From Candidatus Eiseniibacteriota bacterium (GTDB lineage Bacteria; ARS69), in assembly GCA_052390515.1 (NCBI GenBank), contig JBQTGV010000133.1, forward strand, positions 1 through 31,282: a DNA stretch of 31,282 nt, given 5' to 3'. Position numbers and translations under genes: made by a program. The first letter of the stretch is position 1. Each line of letters starts with the position of its first letter. Shown piece after piece: positions 17,855 through 25,846 of the stretch. The notes under the pieces are model-generated. The model was given only the letters and a program-made list of their open reading frames with translations, was not told where the DNA came from and did no database searches.

Positions 17855-18442
17855 ATGATCCGCATCAATCTGCTTCCGTACCACACGAAGAAGGCCGGGC
17901 CGCGCGGCGGTGGTGGAGGAGGCTTCGCCTTCGACCGCACGAAGTTCGTGCCACTGCTGGTTCTGGCCGTGGTCCTGGTGGGCTGCGTATCCACCATGAT
18001 GGTCCAGGGTGCTCGGATGGTGGCGCTGCAGAACGACGTGACCAAGGCCAAGGAAGAGACCGAGCGCTACAAGCAGACCATCGCCCTGATCAACGAGATG
18101 GTGCGCAAGGAGCAGGAGCTGAACCGGCGCCTGGCCCTGGTGGAGACCCTCGACCGCGACCGCTTCAAGACCGTGCGCGTGCTCGACGAGGTCGCCCAGC
18201 GCGTGCCGCGCTACATGTGGCTCACGTCGATGAAGAACCTCTCGCCGCAGCGGGTGTCCTTCGACGGCTACGCGTTCTCGAACCTCGTCGTGTCCGATCT
18301 CATGTCGAGCCTCGAGGGTTCCGAACTGTTCGACAACGTCGAGCTCTCGGTCGTGCAGAGGAAGCTCGTGGAGGGTCAGCAGGCGGTGAACTTCACCGTG
18401 ACGACCGAAGTCAACCCCGCACGGATCGTCGAGGGGAGCTAG
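17855..18442 (+). CDS. pilN: Type IV pilus assembly protein PilN
   Basis: MIRINLLP motif, single TM, coiled coil, then P...WLTS...G.A.SN..VS..M..LE.S..F..V.L. Confidence 0.9.
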   Translation: MIRINLLPYHTKKAGPRGGGGGGFAFDRTKFVPLLVLAVVLVGCVSTMMVQGARMVALQNDVTKAKEETERYKQTIALINEMVRKEQELNRRLALVETLDRDRFKTVRVLDEVAQRVPRYMWLTSMKNLSPQRVSFDGYAFSNLVVSDLMSSLEGSELFDNVELSVVQRKLVEGQQAVNFTVTTEVNPARIVEGS

Positions 18443-18451
18443 GAGGCCGGC

Positions 18452-19144
18452 ATGGCGAACATCGATTTCCGTGATCCGAACGTCCAGATCGCCGGGCTGG
18501 TCTGCTTCGTGGCCGTGGCGGTCGCCGGCGTCTTCTTCCTCACGCCGCTCCTGCCTTTCGGGTTCAAGCCGAAGGCGGAGCAGATCGCCACGCTGGAGCG
18601 CGAGTACGAGGAGATCTCCGCAGATTTGATGAAGGCCAAGCAGACGGCCAGCCGGCTGCCGCAGGTGCAGGCCGAGTACGAGCAGCTCGTGGCCCGGTGG
18701 GAGGAGGCCAAGACGCTCCTGCCCACGGAGAAGGAGATGGCCGAGCTGCTCACCCAGGTGACCGTGGCCGGGCAGCGCTCCGGCGTGGACTTCGTTCTCT
18801 TCGAGCCGAAGCCTCCGGTCCCGCGGGACATCTACCAGGAGAACGCGATCGCGGTGACGGTGCAGGGCGGGTACCACGAGATCGGGCTGTTCCTGGGACG
18901 CGTGAGCAACCTGCCGCGCATCGTGAACGTGAACCAGATCGACATGAAGAACGTCGTGAACCCGAACGACAAGGACCTGCCGCAGATGGTCGAGGCCAGC
19001 CTGCAGTTCGCCGCGTACACGCTGCTGCCCGAGGGCACGGCCCCGGCGGCGGCGGTGGACGGTCAACCACCGCAGGCTACCCAGGCCGCTGCCGCGGCTC
19101 CCGCAGGGGCTGCCCCGGCGAAGGGAGGGAACCGTGCTCACTAG
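18452..19144 (+). CDS. pilO: Type IV pilus assembly protein PilO
   Basis: TM, coiled coil, LLPTEKEM..LL, G.YHEIG.F..RVSNLPRIVNV; gene order. Confidence 0.9.
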   Translation: MANIDFRDPNVQIAGLVCFVAVAVAGVFFLTPLLPFGFKPKAEQIATLEREYEEISADLMKAKQTASRLPQVQAEYEQLVARWEEAKTLLPTEKEMAELLTQVTVAGQRSGVDFVLFEPKPPVPRDIYQENAIAVTVQGGYHEIGLFLGRVSNLPRIVNVNQIDMKNVVNPNDKDLPQMVEASLQFAAYTLLPEGTAPAAAVDGQPPQATQAAAAAPAGAAPAKGGNRAH

Positions 19145-19727
19145 CTTCCGGAAGCTCGGCGCGACCGCGGCGGTGCTCGGCGGCTCGCTCCTTTTCGCCG
19201 CGTGCGCGAAGGACGACGTCTCCAACCTCTTCGCCGGTGGAACGAGCTCCAAGGAGAAGCAGCCGATTCCGACGACGGTCGCGGAGACGCCGGTGCAGGC
19301 TGCTCCGGCCTCGGCCCCCGCTCCCGGGCAACCCGTGCCGGGCGCGGTGATGACCGATCCGGTGGCCGCGTCCAAGGTGGACGAGATCGAGCTCGTGGAG
19401 GGTCAGCCCATCCGCGAGCAGTCCATGAAGTACCGCTCCACCGATGTGCGCGACCCCTTCCGCTCCCTGATCACCGACGACACGAGCCGGTCCGATCTCG
19501 TGGACCTCTCCGTCGTCGAACTGGTCGGAATCGTGCTCGGCGAAGAGCCCTTCTGCATCGTGGAGGATGCGGAGGGGATCGCCTTCGTGCTCCGCAAAGG
19601 CGACGCGGTGAAGAACGGGCGAATCGTGTCCATCAACGCGGACACGGTGGTCGCCTCGCAAACGCTGCTCGGCTTCACGACGACGGTCCAGTTGAAACTG
19701 CAAGAGGAGAAAGAATCCCATGGCTAG
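19134..19727 (+). CDS. pilP: Type IV pilus lipoprotein PilP
   Basis: Lipobox LFAA|C, Pro/Ala linker, Y....RDPFRS, L.LVGIV....IVED..G....L.KGD...NGRI..I; lies between pilO and pilQ. Confidence 0.8.
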   Translation: MLTSFRKLGATAAVLGGSLLFAACAKDDVSNLFAGGTSSKEKQPIPTTVAETPVQAAPASAPAPGQPVPGAVMTDPVAASKVDEIELVEGQPIREQSMKYRSTDVRDPFRSLITDDTSRSDLVDLSVVELVGIVLGEEPFCIVEDAEGIAFVLRKGDAVKNGRIVSINADTVVASQTLLGFTTTVQLKLQEEKESHG

Positions 19728-20997
19728 GCACGACTTCTTCAGGGTGGGCTTCGCGCTTGGCCTCGCGATTCTCGGTATCGCCGCCGGCCCGGTGCTCGCC
19801 GTTCGCCCCGACATCGACACCACGGGGATGGCAGCTATCGACATCGACGTCCAGAACGCCTCCGCCGCGTCCGTACTGCGGCTGTTCTCGGAGTTCGCGG
19901 GCGTCAATATCATCGCGGGGCCGGAAGTGGACGGAAAGATCACCGCGGACCTGGAAGACATTCCCTGGCTCATCGCCTTCGACACCGTGCTGCGCACCAA
20001 CGGCTACGGCTGGGAGCAGATGGGCGAAGACATCATCCGCGTCTCGACGCTCGAGAAGCTCAACAACGAGCGCGTGAACGAGGAAGTGCTGGAGCGCAAG
20101 CGCGAGGACTTCCTGCCCATCGAGACCGACGTCATCCTCGTCAGCTACGCCAAGGCGGACGAGATGAAGAAGTCGCTCGAGACGCTGCTGACCGGCCGCG
20201 GAAAGATCGAGACCGACGAGCGCACCAACGCGCTCATCGTGACCGACATCGCCAGCCGCATCGAGCGGGTGCGGGCCATGGCGCTGCGGCTCGACAAGAA
20301 GACCCCGCAGGTGGAGATCAACGCCAAGCTCGTGGACGTGGACAAGCGCTCCATCCGCGACCTGGGCATCACCTGGGACCTCACCGGCCTGAACGAGGGC
20401 GACGCCTCCGCCGACTTCTCGGTGACGGCCCCCACGGCCAACCCGGTCGGCGTCGTGGACTTCAGCCTGATCGGCACCGATGCGGACTTGACCGCGACGC
20501 TCGACATGCTGGAGCGCGAGGACAAAGCCCACATCATTTCCAACCCCAGGATCACGACCGCTGACAACAAGGAAGCGATGATCCTGGTCGGTAAGAAGAT
20601 CCCGCTGGTGGTCTCGGACGAGGCCGGAAACGCCATCACCGAGCTCACCACCATCGGCATCAAGATGTCGGTCACGCCTCACGTGAACCAGGACAACCGC
20701 ATCACCCTGGACCTGCGGCCCGAGGTCTCCGACCTCTCCGCCCAGGCCACGGTGCAGGGCGGCATCGTCATCGTCACCTCCGAGGCGCGCACCCGCGTGA
20801 TCGTCGACAACGGCCAGACCGCGGTGATCGGCGGCCTGGTGCGCACGAACGAGTCCAGCGTGGAGAGCGGCGTGCCGTTCCTCATGGACGTTCCGCTGCT
20901 CGGCTACCTCTTCCGCAGCACGAACAACGTCAAGGAAGAACGCGAGCTGCTGATCTTCGTCACGCCGACCATCGTCGGGGACATGTCCGAAGGCTAG
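19720..20997 (+). CDS. pilQ: Type IV pilus secretin PilQ (short form)
   Basis: Signal peptide, N0-like IDIDVQNA...VLRLFSEFAGVNII, N3-like DERTNALIVTD, QVEINAKLV, SNPRITT.DN, GQTAVIGGL, GVPFLMDVPLLGYLF and ELLIFVTP. Confidence 0.92.
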   Translation: MARHDFFRVGFALGLAILGIAAGPVLAVRPDIDTTGMAAIDIDVQNASAASVLRLFSEFAGVNIIAGPEVDGKITADLEDIPWLIAFDTVLRTNGYGWEQMGEDIIRVSTLEKLNNERVNEEVLERKREDFLPIETDVILVSYAKADEMKKSLETLLTGRGKIETDERTNALIVTDIASRIERVRAMALRLDKKTPQVEINAKLVDVDKRSIRDLGITWDLTGLNEGDASADFSVTAPTANPVGVVDFSLIGTDADLTATLDMLEREDKAHIISNPRITTADNKEAMILVGKKIPLVVSDEAGNAITELTTIGIKMSVTPHVNQDNRITLDLRPEVSDLSAQATVQGGIVIVTSEARTRVIVDNGQTAVIGGLVRTNESSVESGVPFLMDVPLLGYLFRSTNNVKEERELLIFVTPTIVGDMSEG

Positions 20998-21033
20998 ACG
21001 CGACGGCCGAACCGGCCGGAAGGAAGGCGAGCG

Positions 21034-21068
21034 GCGCCGGGGGCGAGAGCTCCCGGCGCTTCGTCTTT
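21034..21068 (+). terminator. Intrinsic terminator ending the pil cluster
   Basis: GCGCCGGGGGC-GAGA-GCTCCCGGCGC: 11-bp stem with one G-U pair and a GNRA loop, then TTCGTCTTT. Confidence 0.7.
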
Positions 21069-21131
21069 CCAGGGGTTCCGGGGCCGCTGCGATCGGGGTA
21101 TGTTGTGCGGCTCAGGAGGAGGAGCGAAGCG

Positions 21132-21689
21132 TTGCCCTGGGTCTCCCTGATCGGGTTCATGTGCTCCGGGAAGTCCTCCACCGGCCGGACGCTCGCGCGG
21201 CAGCTCGGCTGGCCGCACTTCGACACGGACGCGCTCATCGTCGAGCGGACCGGGATGGAGATCGAGGAGATCTTCCGCCTGCAGGGCGAAGAGGCCTTCC
21301 GCGAGCTCGAGCTGCTCATCGTGGAGGAGCTGCCTCCCGAGCGGGACTTGGTGCTCTCGACCGGCGGGGGCCTCGTCGTGAGCGAGCCGGCCATGGAGAT
21401 CCTCCGCCTGCAGGGCCCCATCTTCTGGCTGCTGGTCGGGGTGAAGGACGTGCTGGAGCGCTGCCAGCGTCCGTGGGCGGCCAGGCGCCCGCTGCTCGCC
21501 GGCGGTCCGGACCTCGAGGAGCGCATCACCAATCTCATGACCGAGCGGGAACCGCTGTACCGCAAGTGGGGCCAGCCCATCGAAGGAGGCTTCGCCCATC
21601 CCCGGGAGGCAGGCAAGCACGTGCTGGAGATGCTGCGCAAGCGGGAGGACTTCTCGGTGTACTTCGGCCGCGGGGACGAGTCCTGGTGA
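21132..21689 (+). CDS. aroK: Shikimate kinase
   Basis: LIGFMCSGKSSTG, DTD, GEEAFRELE, STGGG, RPLL and REPLY. TTG 21132 is preferred because it lies 7 nt after AGGAGGAGGAG. The pilQ-aroK linkage is well known. Confidence 0.9.
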   Translation: MPWVSLIGFMCSGKSSTGRTLARQLGWPHFDTDALIVERTGMEIEEIFRLQGEEAFRELELLIVEELPPERDLVLSTGGGLVVSEPAMEILRLQGPIFWLLVGVKDVLERCQRPWAARRPLLAGGPDLEERITNLMTEREPLYRKWGQPIEGGFAHPREAGKHVLEMLRKREDFSVYFGRGDESW

Positions 21690-21732
21690 GCGTCGCGGCC
21701 GCGTCCCCGGCGGCGGCCGCGGCGAGCGGGCG

Positions 21733-22281
21733 TTGCGCGTGATCGCCGGGGAGCTGCGCGGGCGCATCCTCCACGCACCCGAGGGCCTCGCCACCCGGCC
21801 CACTTCGGACCGCGTGCGGGAGTCGCTCTTCGCCCTGCTCGGCGACGTGATCGAGGGCGCCCGCGTCCTCGACCTCTACGCGGGATCCGGTGCGCTGGGC
21901 ATCGAGGCGCTCTCCCGGGGAGCCGTGGCGGCGACGTTCGTGGAGCGGGAGAGCGGTGCGCGCCGCGTGCTCGAGCGCAACCTCTCCGAGCTGGGCCTGG
22001 GCGGCCGCGCGCGCGTGCTGGCCGCCGACGCGATGAGCGAGGCCGCGCTTCGCGGAGGTCCCTTCGACGTCGTGCTGGCGGATCCGCCGTACGGCGAGAC
22101 GGATCTCGGCGGGGTCGTACGGCACGCCGCCGAGGCGCTCGCGCCGGGGGGCGTGCTGGTGCTCGAGCACCCGGCGAAGGAAGCGGCGCCGCCGGTGCCG
22201 GAAACGCTCGCCCCGTGGAAGGCTCGGCGCTACGGTGGGACGACATTGACCTTGTGGGTCCGCGACAAGGAGGCACGATGA
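21733..22281 (+). CDS. rsmD: 16S rRNA m2G966 methyltransferase
   Basis: MRVIAGE.RGR.L, TRPTSDRVRESLF, LDLYAGSGALGIEALSRGA and DPPY; adjacent to coaD. Confidence 0.92.
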   Translation: MRVIAGELRGRILHAPEGLATRPTSDRVRESLFALLGDVIEGARVLDLYAGSGALGIEALSRGAVAATFVERESGARRVLERNLSELGLGGRARVLAADAMSEAALRGGPFDVVLADPPYGETDLGGVVRHAAEALAPGGVLVLEHPAKEAAPPVPETLAPWKARRYGGTTLTLWVRDKEAR

Positions 22282-22763
22282 GGACAGCGCTCTACCCGGG
22301 CACCTTCGATCCGGTGACCTCGGGCCACGTGGATCTCGTGGAGCGGGGCCTGCGTCTCTTCGACCGCGTCATCGTGGCGGTGGCCGAGAGCGGGTCGAAG
22401 CGTCCGCTGTTCGATCTCGAGGAGCGCGTGAAGCTGTTCCAGACGGCGGTCTCCCGGCTTCGCGGCGTCAAGGTCGTGCCGTTCGGATCCCTGACCGTGA
22501 CCTTCGCCCGGGAACACTCCGCCTGCGCGGTCATCCGCGGCCTTCGCGCCGTCTCCGACTTCGACTACGAGTTCCAGCTCGCGTGGATGAACCGCAAGCT
22601 GGATCCGGAGATCGAGACGGTCTTCTTGTGCCCGAACGAGTCCTACTTCTACGTGAACTCCACGCTGGTGAAGGAGATCGCGCGGCTCGGCGGGGACATC
22701 TCCGAGTTCGTGCCCCGGGGCGTCCAGCGCGCGCTGGCCCGGAAGCTCTCCCTCCGGAAGTAA
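22278..22763 (+). CDS. coaD: Phosphopantetheine adenylyltransferase
   Basis: YPGTFDPVTSGH, IRGLRAVSDFDYEFQLA.MNR.L, and STLVKEIA. ATGA overlap with rsmD. Confidence 0.95.
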   Translation: MRTALYPGTFDPVTSGHVDLVERGLRLFDRVIVAVAESGSKRPLFDLEERVKLFQTAVSRLRGVKVVPFGSLTVTFAREHSACAVIRGLRAVSDFDYEFQLAWMNRKLDPEIETVFLCPNESYFYVNSTLVKEIARLGGDISEFVPRGVQRALARKLSLRK

Positions 22764-22770
22764 CGCCGGC

Positions 22771-23166
22771 ATGCCCACCTACCGGTACGAGTGCCGCTCC
22801 TGCGGCAAAGTCCACGAGGTGTTCCAGACCATCAGCGAGCCGCGCCTGCGCCAGTGTCCGGACTGCGGCGGGCGGCTCGACAGGCTGATCGGCGGCGGGG
22901 CCGGCGTGCTGCTCAAGGGCGGCGGCTTCTACTCGACGGAGAACCGCTCCGACAGCTATCGCAAGGCGGCAAAGGGCGAGAGCGACTCCAAGCCGGCGGC
23001 GAAGGAGAGCACGGAGAAGAGCGCCCCGGCGGAGGCGAAGGAGGGCACAGCGAAGGGCGGCGAGCCGCCGGCGAAGGACAAGGTGGAGAAGAAGGAGCAG
23101 AAGGAGAAGGGCGAGAAGAAGGCGAAGAAGGGGGAAGGGAAGAAGGGCGGCGACGGGGCGAAGTAG
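22771..23166 (+). CDS. FmdB-family zinc-ribbon protein with Lys/Glu-rich tail
   Basis: MPTYRYECRSCG...Q......CPDCGG.L.RLI..G.G...KG.GFY.T. Confidence 0.85.
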   Translation: MPTYRYECRSCGKVHEVFQTISEPRLRQCPDCGGRLDRLIGGGAGVLLKGGGFYSTENRSDSYRKAAKGESDSKPAAKESTEKSAPAEAKEGTAKGGEPPAKDKVEKKEQKEKGEKKAKKGEGKKGGDGAK

Positions 23167-23171
23167 TAGCA

Positions 23172-23352
23172 TGGGCGTCACGAAAAAGCGCGACGTTCTG
23201 CCTCGCGTCGTAGCCGCCGCAGCCGGAGCCATGGACGGCGGAGGCCGGCGGCAACGAGCCGAGCGAGCCAGGACGGCGAGCGAGGTTGAGCGAGGCAGGA
23301 CGGCGAGCGAGGTTGAGCGAGGCAGAACGTCGCGCTTTTCTCGTGGCGCCCA
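23172..23352. repeat. 181-bp element with 35/36-bp terminal inverted repeats (MITE- or REP-like)
   Basis: 23172-23206 reads TGGGCGTCACGA-AAAAGCGCGACGTTCTGCCTCGC; the reverse complement of 23317-23352 reads TGGGCGCCACGAGAAAAGCGCGACGTTCTGCCTCGC (1 mismatch, 1 indel). Lies between convergent genes; no clear target-site duplication. Confidence 0.7.
23269..23322 (+). repeat. Perfect 27-nt tandem duplication inside the inverted-repeat element
   Basis: CAGGACGGCGAGCGAGGTTGAGCGAGG at 23269-23295 and 23296-23322. Confidence 0.9.
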
Positions 23353-23364
23353 CCCGCTCTCACT

Positions 23365-24054
23365 TCACCCCAACAGCACTCGCCTCACCTCGTCGTAATC
23401 CCCGGCGACCAGGTCGCCTTTGTAATCCCCGGCGACCAGGTCGCCTTTCGCCGGCGGGGAGGCGCCGAACCCGCCGGTGAACAGCACGAAGGGGATCCGG
23501 TTCGCGGCGGCGGCGTCGCGGTCGCCGGCGCGGTCCCCGATCATCACGGCGCGCTTCGCAGGGGTCTCGCCGAGGATCTCGCGGACCATGTCCGCTTTCG
23601 ATCCGATGCCCGGGCTCTCCGCGCAGTAGGCGGTGGTCACGACGCTGCGGAGGCGGAACGCGTCGACGAATCCGTCGAGGTAGCGCCGCCCGCAGTTGGA
23701 CGCCAGCGCGACCGCGACGCCTTCCGCCGCCAGATCGGCGAGCAGGTCCCGCGCCCCGGGGTACATGGCACCGTGGCCCGCGGCGAAGGCCACGCGCTCC
23801 AGACCCTGGGCCTCGGCCTCGATCTCGGAGCCGAGCGCGCGGTTCGCCTCCGGCAGCACGTGGTCCCAGAACGCTCGCATGGGCAGACCCATCGCCTCGA
23901 GGAAGCGTGCGGGCGGCGGCGGCGCCTCGCGGACGCCGTGGCGACGGAAGACCTTGGCCACCGCGGCGGCCCCGATGTCCAGCCAGAAGTCGTCGGTGGC
24001 GAGCAGCGTGCCGTCGACGTCGAAGATGGTGAGGTCGTAGCGCGAACGCGGAAT
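23365..24054 (-). CDS. HAD-family hydrolase (phosphoglycolate phosphatase / nucleotidase-like)
   Basis: Motif I IFDVDGTL, motif II ASN, motif III K, motif IV MIGDRAGD. Start placed at ATT 24054 (see findings); the track gives TTG 24114. Confidence 0.85.
   Translation of the reverse strand: MPRSRYDLTIFDVDGTLLATDDFWLDIGAAAVAKVFRRHGVREAPPPPARFLEAMGLPMRAFWDHVLPEANRALGSEIEAEAQGLERVAFAAGHGAMYPGARDLLADLAAEGVAVALASNCGRRYLDGFVDAFRLRSVVTTAYCAESPGIGSKADMVREILGETPAKRAVMIGDRAGDRDAAAANRIPFVLFTGGFGASPPAKGDLVAGDYKGDLVAGDYDEVRRVLLG
23395..23448 (+). repeat. Perfect 27-nt tandem duplication in the HAD gene 3' end (KGDLVAGDY x2)
   Basis: GTAATCCCCGGCGACCAGGTCGCCTTT at 23395-23421 and 23422-23448. Confidence 0.9.
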
Positions 24055-24085
24055 GACGGGACTCCTCCCGGCTCGACCGGTCCGC

Positions 24086-24114
24086 ACTCTAGGCGCGCGC
24101 TTCGCGGGGGTCAA
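24086..24114 (-). promoter_or_regulatory. Sigma70-type promoter for the HAD gene
   Basis: Minus strand TTGACC (24114-24109), 17-nt spacer, TAGAGT (24091-24086). Confidence 0.6.
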
Positions 24115-24245
24115 CGCAGGCGGGGCGGCGCGCTGCCAGGGGCGGGGACGGCGCCGGACGCGGCAGGGCGCGGGCGTGGGGTCGTTGACGGATGCGGAAG
24201 CGACCGGTAATCATGGACTTCCTCGCGGACTCCCCGGAAGAGCTC

Positions 24246-25247
24246 ATGTTTCTGGATCGAGCGGTCATCGAGATCACCGGCGGTCACGGCGGCGACGGAT
24301 GCACCAGCTTCCGCCGCGAGAAGTACGTGCCCCGGGGCGGCCCCAACGGCGGCGACGGCGGGAAGGGCGGCGACGTGTGGCTCGTGGTCGATCCGCAGCG
24401 CGCCACGCTCCGGGACTTCCGCTACCGGCGCCACTTCCAGGGCGAGCGCGGGATGCACGGCGAGGGCTCGGACCGGACCGGCCGCTCCGGCGAGGACCTG
24501 CTCATTCCCGTTCCGCCGGGAACCGTGGTCTTCGACGACGAGGGCGGCGGGGTGCTCGACGACCTGCGCGAATCGGGCCAGCGCGTTCTGGTCGCGCGGG
24601 GAGGCCGGGGCGGGCGCGGCAACGCGCGCTTCGCCACGTCCACGAACCGCGCGCCGCGGCGCTCCGATCCGGGCGAACCGGGTGAGACGCGTCGCGTGCG
24701 GCTGGAGCTCAAGCTGATCGCCGACGTGGGGCTCGTCGGCTTCCCCAACGCCGGCAAGTCCACGCTGCTCGCGCGCATCTCGGACGCGCGCCCCAAGATC
24801 GCGGACTATCCGTTCACCACCCTCACGCCGAACCTCGGCGTCGTGCATCTCTCGCAGTGGCGGCAATTCGTCGTCGCCGACATCCCGGGGATCCTGGAAG
24901 GTGCGCACGAGGGCAAGGGGCTGGGCCTGGAGTTCCTGCGCCACATCGAGCGCACCCGCGTGCTGCTGTTCCTGATCGACGTGACGTCGCCTTCGCCGGA
25001 AGAGGACCTGGCGAAACTTCGCACGGAGCTCGCGCACCACGGCGGCGGGCTCCCGGAGCGGCCGTACCGCGTCGTGCTCACCAAGGCCGACCTGCTCGCC
25101 GAGCCGGTGGTGCCCGCCGTGCTGTCCCCGCGCGACGACGTGCGCCTGATCTCCGCGGTACGCGGCGACGGCATCGATCCGCTCCTCGAGGAAGTGTACG
25201 GGATGGTCGCCGCGGCGCGCGCCGCGGACGGGAGCCGGGTCGGATGA
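24246..25247 (+). CDS. obgE: Obg/CgtA GTPase
   Basis: MFLDRA.I...GG.GGDG..SFRREKYVPRGGP.GGDGG, ADVGLVGFPNAGKST, YPFTT, DIPG, FLRHIER and TKAD. Short form without an obvious C-terminal extension. Confidence 0.95.
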   Translation: MFLDRAVIEITGGHGGDGCTSFRREKYVPRGGPNGGDGGKGGDVWLVVDPQRATLRDFRYRRHFQGERGMHGEGSDRTGRSGEDLLIPVPPGTVVFDDEGGGVLDDLRESGQRVLVARGGRGGRGNARFATSTNRAPRRSDPGEPGETRRVRLELKLIADVGLVGFPNAGKSTLLARISDARPKIADYPFTTLTPNLGVVHLSQWRQFVVADIPGILEGAHEGKGLGLEFLRHIERTRVLLFLIDVTSPSPEEDLAKLRTELAHHGGGLPERPYRVVLTKADLLAEPVVPAVLSPRDDVRLISAVRGDGIDPLLEEVYGMVAAARAADGSRVG

Positions 25248-25846
25248 GCGGCGAGGAGACGAGCCTCGAGCGTCGTTGCGAGCGCGTGGAGGAGCTGTCG
25301 CGCACGCAGGGCGAAGCGGCGACGGACGCGCTCGTCACGCTGCTGGAGGATCCCAGCTGGTACCTGCGCGAGCGCGTCGTGGCGGCGCTGGCGGCGCGCG
25401 CTGCCTCGCCCGCGGCGAGACGCGTGCTGCGCACCGGAGCGTGGTACGCGCGCGCCAGCGCCTGCGACGTGATCGCGCGGTGCCCGGACCCGGACGCGGT
25501 GGACGACCTCCTCGAGCAGATCGAAGATCGCAACGTGTCGCTGCAGAAGTCGGCGTCGCGCGCGCTGGCCCGCGTGGCGGAGGCGCACGGGAGCCAGGAC
25601 GTCGCGCGTCGAGTGGCGGGTCGGGAAGGGCCGGCACGCCGCCGGATTCTCGCGCGGGTCGGGCACCAGGAGCCGGTCTGGGCGCTCGAGCTGGAGCGTG
25701 CTCTGGCCGGCCTCCCGCGCGAGGCCTTCGCCTCCGCCGGCCCGGCGACTCGGGCGCCGGTACCGGCCCCCGCGGCTGAGATCCACGCGCTCGTCCGCTT
25801 CCGGCGCTGGCTGGCCGGCAGCGGCTCGGCGGGAGCGGGCGCGTGA
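25244..25846 (+). CDS. HEAT-repeat protein
   Basis: LVTLLEDPSWYLRERVVAAL, WYARASACDVI and LLEQIEDRNVSLQKSASRAL. ATGA/GTGA overlaps with obg and dprA. Confidence 0.7.
   Translation: MSGEETSLERRCERVEELSRTQGEAATDALVTLLEDPSWYLRERVVAALAARAASPAARRVLRTGAWYARASACDVIARCPDPDAVDDLLEQIEDRNVSLQKSASRALARVAEAHGSQDVARRVAGREGPARRRILARVGHQEPVWALELERALAGLPREAFASAGPATRAPVPAPAAEIHALVRFRRWLAGSGSAGAGA

Noticed and set aside
21692-21723. GC palindrome between aroK and rsmD
   Set aside because: Short and almost all GC, with no U-tract; expected by chance at this composition.
23171-23398. Small ORFs (75 aa plus strand, 61 aa minus strand) across the IR element
   Set aside because: Their similar termini simply reflect the DNA palindrome; there is no convincing SD or protein motif.
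23260-23450. CRISPR array
   Set aside because: The repeats are directly adjacent two-copy duplications without spacers, and no cas genes are present.
24185-24213. Sigma70 promoter for obg (TTGACG-N17-TAATCA)
   Set aside because: The -35 is good but the -10 lacks the conserved final T; plausible but too weak to list.
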